A stretch of 53,709 nucleotides of DNA, filler included, from Sluysia triapertura (Eukaryota), in NCBI GenBank assembly GCA_046118255.1. It is 4 parts of 4 records of this genome, joined end to end, with 100 filler letters (N's around TTAATTAATTAA, not from the genome) between each part and the next. Parts side by side here need not be neighbours in the genome. Positions count along the whole stretch, not along the records: positions 38,074 to 53,709 come from JBJNIA010223353.1; 3 more parts are not named here. The stretch is one strand, 5' to 3'. Position 1 is the stretch's first letter, and each line of letters starts with the position of its first letter. Shown here piece by piece: positions 48,625 through 53,709 of the stretch. The position numbers were made by a program, and so were the translations under genes. The notes under the pieces are model-generated. The model was not told where the DNA came from. It was given only the letters and a program-made list of their open reading frames with translations, and ran no database searches.

Positions 48625-49178
48625 TGGTTTTAATAGAAATTATAGTAGCGCTCCGCGTGTGGTGGCCCAGCCCATTCCTACCTACATGTCACATAAATCA
48701 TGTACACAAACCTCAACACAAAAATTACATCACAACAAATTTTATACATATCATTCACAATGTTAGGTTTTAAAATATTTTACCTTTACGATAGTTAATT
48801 TAGTCGAAGTTTTGAAATAGTATAATGAAATATTTATGAAACATATTTTTATTTTAATTTTAAATGTTCCTGTTTTAAATTCTAATTTTTGTAGTTACAA
48901 AATTGAATTTTATTAGCAAATTCACGACAAAAGATAAAAGATTTATAAACATAAATTCTATTACACAGAAAAAGTCTAAAATTTTTATTGAATTTGTAAA
49001 TATTTTTCTCTATACTTCCTTTCACCCATATTTCCCTACCTAGATATAAAACAACAATTAAATTATCAAAATAATAAAAATAATTAAAATTTAAATGATT
49101 AAATGATGTAGAACATGAATCTAGAATGTTTGGATGGTTTTGAAAGTGTATGTTGATTAATTTCGAATATGATTGTGC

Positions 49179-50260
49179 TTAAATTGTTAAAAACTGAAAA
49201 ATAACAAAGTTGTGCTCTGTATATCCATCGGATCTATTGATAGCTCCTTGGTGTATTTTTAGCAACTTTCCCATTTGGATCCTTTGTAAGAGGCGTCTAT
49301 TGAGCGTCTTAGCAAAAATGCGGTAACACATGTCGAGTATAGCAATAGGCCGCCAATAAGAGGGTTCTTTACCTTGATCCACCTTTCCGGGTTTTATGAA
49401 TAGGAGGGTGGTAAAGTCTTTCCAACATAACGGTATTTCTTCTGTTTCCAGAATCCTTTTAAAAAGAGAAGTTAAGTACTCTCCTTTCGGATCAAGTCTC
49501 CGAATATCATTTAGTGTTATCTTGTTTTGTCCGGATGCCGAGTTCTGACACTCGTTCATAACAAGATGTACTTCATGCGGCACCATCACCTCTCCTGTAA
49601 TGGTGTCTGGGAAGAATGGCAGTTGTGGCATCAACATTTGGTTAAATTGTGGCACTTTTGCACTATTATAGTGGGCTACAATTTGTTGATTTGTCGGTCT
49701 TTCATCAGGAGTTCCCGAGCTGGTAATCAACTGGTATAAGTATATCTTATTTAAGTTGATATCCGCTAAAGTCTTCTTTTCTTTGTGATTTTTACGGGCA
49801 TTATCGTATTTACTCGGGATATTTTCATATCTTGAGTTTGGTCTTGATGTACAAGATCGCAAAACATGTTAAATGCCTCATTTGGCTGTATTTGTTGGGC
49901 CTGTATTCGCTCTATGATGCATGCCACCGTTGGATGCGGTTGTTTTGGTCTCTGCATCATGCATTGGGTCAATAAACAAATATTGTTTAGTAACATCATT
50001 GACAATCAAGATCATCCAATGACTGTTCATGTTGATGACCCAGTACAGATGCTGGAACTTGGCCAATTTGTACAACGGAAAGTTATTCAACAGGGCCTGA
50101 CTCTCCTATATTATGGCATGACTTTGTCACCATCAGAACGATATATGTTAAAAGACTTTTCAAAATTGCTCTATACTCTGGAGGAATTAAACTTTCCAAA
50201 TATTTTAATAATTGAGTTTATAATTGGATTTTGCGTTGATTCCTTTATACGGAATATTTA
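49179..50260 (-). mobile_element. NeSL/R2-group non-LTR retrotransposon fragment: Ulp1-like protease plus N-terminal RT, 3' truncated
   Basis: VINMNSHWMILIV...FIDPM...QQIQPN (Ulp1 His/Asp/Gln order), then IPLCWK...LFIKPGK...PSYWRPIAILDMCYRIFAKTL...HQGA...DGYTEHNF. Confidence 0.8.
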
Positions 50261-53200
50261 GAAATGATTTTTCGTAGCTAGAAATAAACTCTAGTGGTTG
50301 AAATCTCAGAACGAGCGATTTTATATTTAAAACTGTGTAATTTAAAAATTATTAATAAATCACTAAAAGTCATTAGTAATTTATTTCTTGAGATAAAGAA
50401 AAACTTAATAATATACAATAGTGGAAATATATATATAATTTACAATAATTAACTACTCTAGTTAATTTTTCTAAGATGAAATTTTAGTAATGATTTTTCG
50501 CACGGATCTATGAAAAGATCCAATAAATTATATAAAATTTTAAGTTTATTTTACCTGTGATACTTTACAGTATCTGCTTTAATAAAAATCAAACTAACGT
50601 GATCAAGAACTTTTAAAAATTTCGTTTTGTAGTTTGTGGATACTCCTTTGTAGTGCGTCAACGATTTCTAGGTAAAGTTGTTATAATCAGAAAACCTAAT
50701 AAGAAATGGTATAAGAAACGTAAATACCGAGTTGCAGATGAAGTTCTACAATTGTATTGCATTGTGAAACAAAATTGGGTGTCTCCATATAAATTCAATT
50801 GAATTGAATAAATTAAAACAAATATTTAAAAATTGAAATATAAAATCTTCCTGATCACGTTAGAAAAATTTAATATTTACTATTTTAATATTTTTAGTTT
50901 ATAATATTTTAATATTAAATTACATATTTAAAAATTAAAATAATTCAAATATTCGAATTTGACTCAAATAGTTCAAATATTTAAATATAAAATTTGATAA
51001 CAAAATTCGACTATCAATAAAACTATTTAAAAATTAAAAATCAAATAAAAATTACTTTTAAAAGTAAATTCTTATAAAATCCAAAAATGTTAATTAAAAA
51101 TTCAAGATAAAATGTTAAAAATTAGATTTAAATAAAATTCAAAAATGTTGATTAATATTACAAAATAAAAATGAAGTCATAATGATTATTTATATCAATT
51201 AATAAACAGTGCAAAGTCTATAATAAAGAAGTTGATGGTGTGTAAAAATATAACGTGCATGTCCAAATTTTTTTACAATATCCGAGAATTACCTCTTAAT
51301 TCATTTTATATGAAATCCAACTAGGAAACAAAATATCATCAATTAAGAAACAACGTGCTATCACAAACAACGATTAAGGATTAGTAAGAAATCGTATTGC
51401 TTCTATAGTAAAACTAATCAATTTTCATTGGAACCAAGAAAAATTTAAAAACGAATTGCATTATGAGTTACGAATCCTCGATGAACCTGAATTTATTAAA
51501 TCATTTCAAAATTGTGTTGTTATTGGGACGCGAACAAAATACGCATTCGTTTACATATCAACATCAATCGTCCAAATGTTTGAATTTCCTGGCCTTAAAA
51601 TCAAGGAACCTGCTAAATTTATAGATGAACATGTTAGTGTAGTGAATGATGGAACTGGGAAGTATACGTCTTCATCATCTATACTCATGCAATTGTCAAG
51701 TTTAAACAATAGTTGTAATTCTATTTGTCGTTACAGAGATTGAATATATAATTAGTTCAGGTTTATCCACAATATGATAATGTCGAGCTAGCTATGATGT
51801 TAGTAAAATTAGCATACTTACTTGGCAAAGACACGAAAGTAAAATTAAATACTGATCATCGTTATGCAAGGACGCTGTTCAATAATAGACAGTACGTAAG
51901 ATCATTCAGTGTATTTGTGCACATGATAACAGTTCCACTTGAAATTTGTCTCTTGCTCTATGTCACATCCAGAGAAATTAAATAAATAATTAAATAGTTG
52001 TCGAAACGTAAATTTTAGTAAAAAGGATAATACTTTTATTACAAGCACGCTAATAGATTTTCATGTTATTTGGAGAAATTGGCAACAATATTCTGGAATC
52101 AACAAGACAAATCAACTATGAAAATGATTTTCGCTCATTGTTCCATTTAGGAATATGATATCAAAGTGATTTATATTTTTGACACCGTTGATTTTGTTAT
52201 CATTGTTATTGATAAATTTTATCATTTTTATAATTTTAGTATCATGGAAGATTCGGAAAATATTAAAAATAAACAAACCATGAAATCAAAGTCTAAAATG
52301 TTTTTGTATGTAAATAAATCTTATACTAGAATGTTATGAATAAAAGTTTGTAAAAAACATAATAAAAGTTAGGACTTATCGAATTAATTATAATTAAAAC
52401 GTCACAAACAACTTATAATCATAAAGGTAAATTCGAATCAACATTTTCAGTTAATAAAAATCATCTAATATCCTAACACATGCCATGAGTTATAAGCCAT
52501 GTGTTCCTTTTCATCTTTATTTTGATTATTTTCAAAAAGGATTAGACGTTTCTAATCAACGCATCAGCTTGTTATCGGTTTCAATTGTTCGAAACGATAG
52601 TCTAAAAAGAATTAAATGAGGACAATAGTGATGGAGTTTCATTTAAAACTATAAATGAAGTACACTGGTCAACATTGGCACAAATTTTNNNNNNNNNNNN
52701 NNNNNNNNNNNNNNNNNNNNNNNNNNNNNNNNNNNNNNNNNNNNNNNNNNNNNNNNNNNNNNNNNNNNNNNNNNNNNNNNNNNNNNNNNNNNNNNNNNNN
52801 NNNNNNNNNNNNNNNNNNNNNNNNNNNNNNNNNNNNNNNNNNNNNNNNNNNNNNNNNNNNNNNNNNNNNNNNNNNNNNNNNNGTAGTTAATAAATATGCT
52901 TTTATTATTGTATTTCTTTTAGATAAAATGGAATATGAGATCTTCTTTTTAAATGAAAATTATTTTTCTAAGGCAATTGCTCGACATTTACTTTACTGAG
53001 AGCGTTAAATAATAAATTCGACTGTTTTATAAAGTAATTTTGACCCTAGATTATGATTGGTAATTACGTTATTATCTATGATGTATAATCATAAATTTTT
53101 GAAAACCTCTATTATCTTAAACTTATAATTATAGTATGATGTCTGTAGTAATTAAAATCATTAACTGTTTAATCTGGGGATATTTCACAAGTAATAATTC

Positions 53201-53586
53201 ATTATAAAACAACATCAGTCTTAATCTCACCGGTGTTAGATCCTCAGAAAAGACAAAATAAAATTGAACATCCTATAATAGCTGGAATAAAAATGACAAG
53301 AAATAAAAATCAAAATTTACTAGATTTAAATGTGCTAATCGGTAATTCGAAAATACAACTTTTCGTTCAGGAATACAGTGATCTAAACTTTCTGAAACTG
53401 AGACCGATGAATAAAAAGACACAATTTCATAAATGGCGAAATTTTGCTTTATTGACAAAGAAACATCATATTAAAAACGTATTTTACAGTTTTGTACGCA
53501 TATTTATAATCTTTTAAATTACTCTATATTGACAGATGTAATTTAAAGTGTGTAATATTTTCATTTTATCGCAAACTCATTATCGA

Positions 53587-53709
53587 TTAACCCTTTGACT
53601 ACCAATGGGACAATGGGTCCCACAGAAACTACGTTCTACATCAGTGGGTCAAAAGTAGCTTTAAACAGCCTAACAGATCGTCCCAATGGTTGTGTAGTGT
53701 TTATTGAAT
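53587..53709 (+). mobile_element. piggyBac-like terminus
   Basis: TTAACCCTTTGACTACC with subterminal inverted tgggac/gtccca. Confidence 0.5.

Noticed and set aside
43784-48770. Matching LTR pair (TGTGGTG at 43784 and 48658) for the CsRn1-like element
   Set aside because: The sequences diverge after about 7 nt, and no PBS or clear PPT is visible.
51250-52150. Possible decayed gene (ORFs 51456-51743 and 51794-51985)
   Set aside because: No recognisable motif, so no product can be supported.

Overview
AT-rich animal genomic DNA, inferred to be a planarian/triclad-like flatworm from its transposon content. At least four contigs are joined by artificial N-TTAATTAATTAA-N linkers (13485-13584, 25810-25909, 37974-38073), so adjacency across linkers is not biological. 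Host genes appear only as isolated exons: a Rab11-FIP-like last exon, two MRCK exons and the last AASS exon. The rest is mostly retroelement-derived. The main signals are: (1) two diverged Ty3/gypsy elements (13.7-19.0 kb +, 33.0-38.0 kb -) in which integrase is followed by a second aspartic protease, a conserved multi-ectodomain membrane polyprotein and a RING-H2 ORF; (2) a family of LTR/leader-like repeats with conserved hairpins, each followed by a different intronless host-gene fragment (PIP4K2, PDE GAF, RBFOX-RRM plus CCCH; similar cargo includes UFL1 and GGA-VHS); (3) a ~156-bp TG...CA repeat containing a tRNA-Ala-like gene, with a 4-bp target-site duplication; (4) a CsRn1-clade gypsy element whose Gag frame begins with a ubiquitin-like domain ending in LLGG; (5) a decayed chuvirus/gB-like envelope gene followed by a protease; and (6) a NeSL-like LINE with a Ulp1 protease. 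All homology calls come from recognising motifs by eye, not from database searches.
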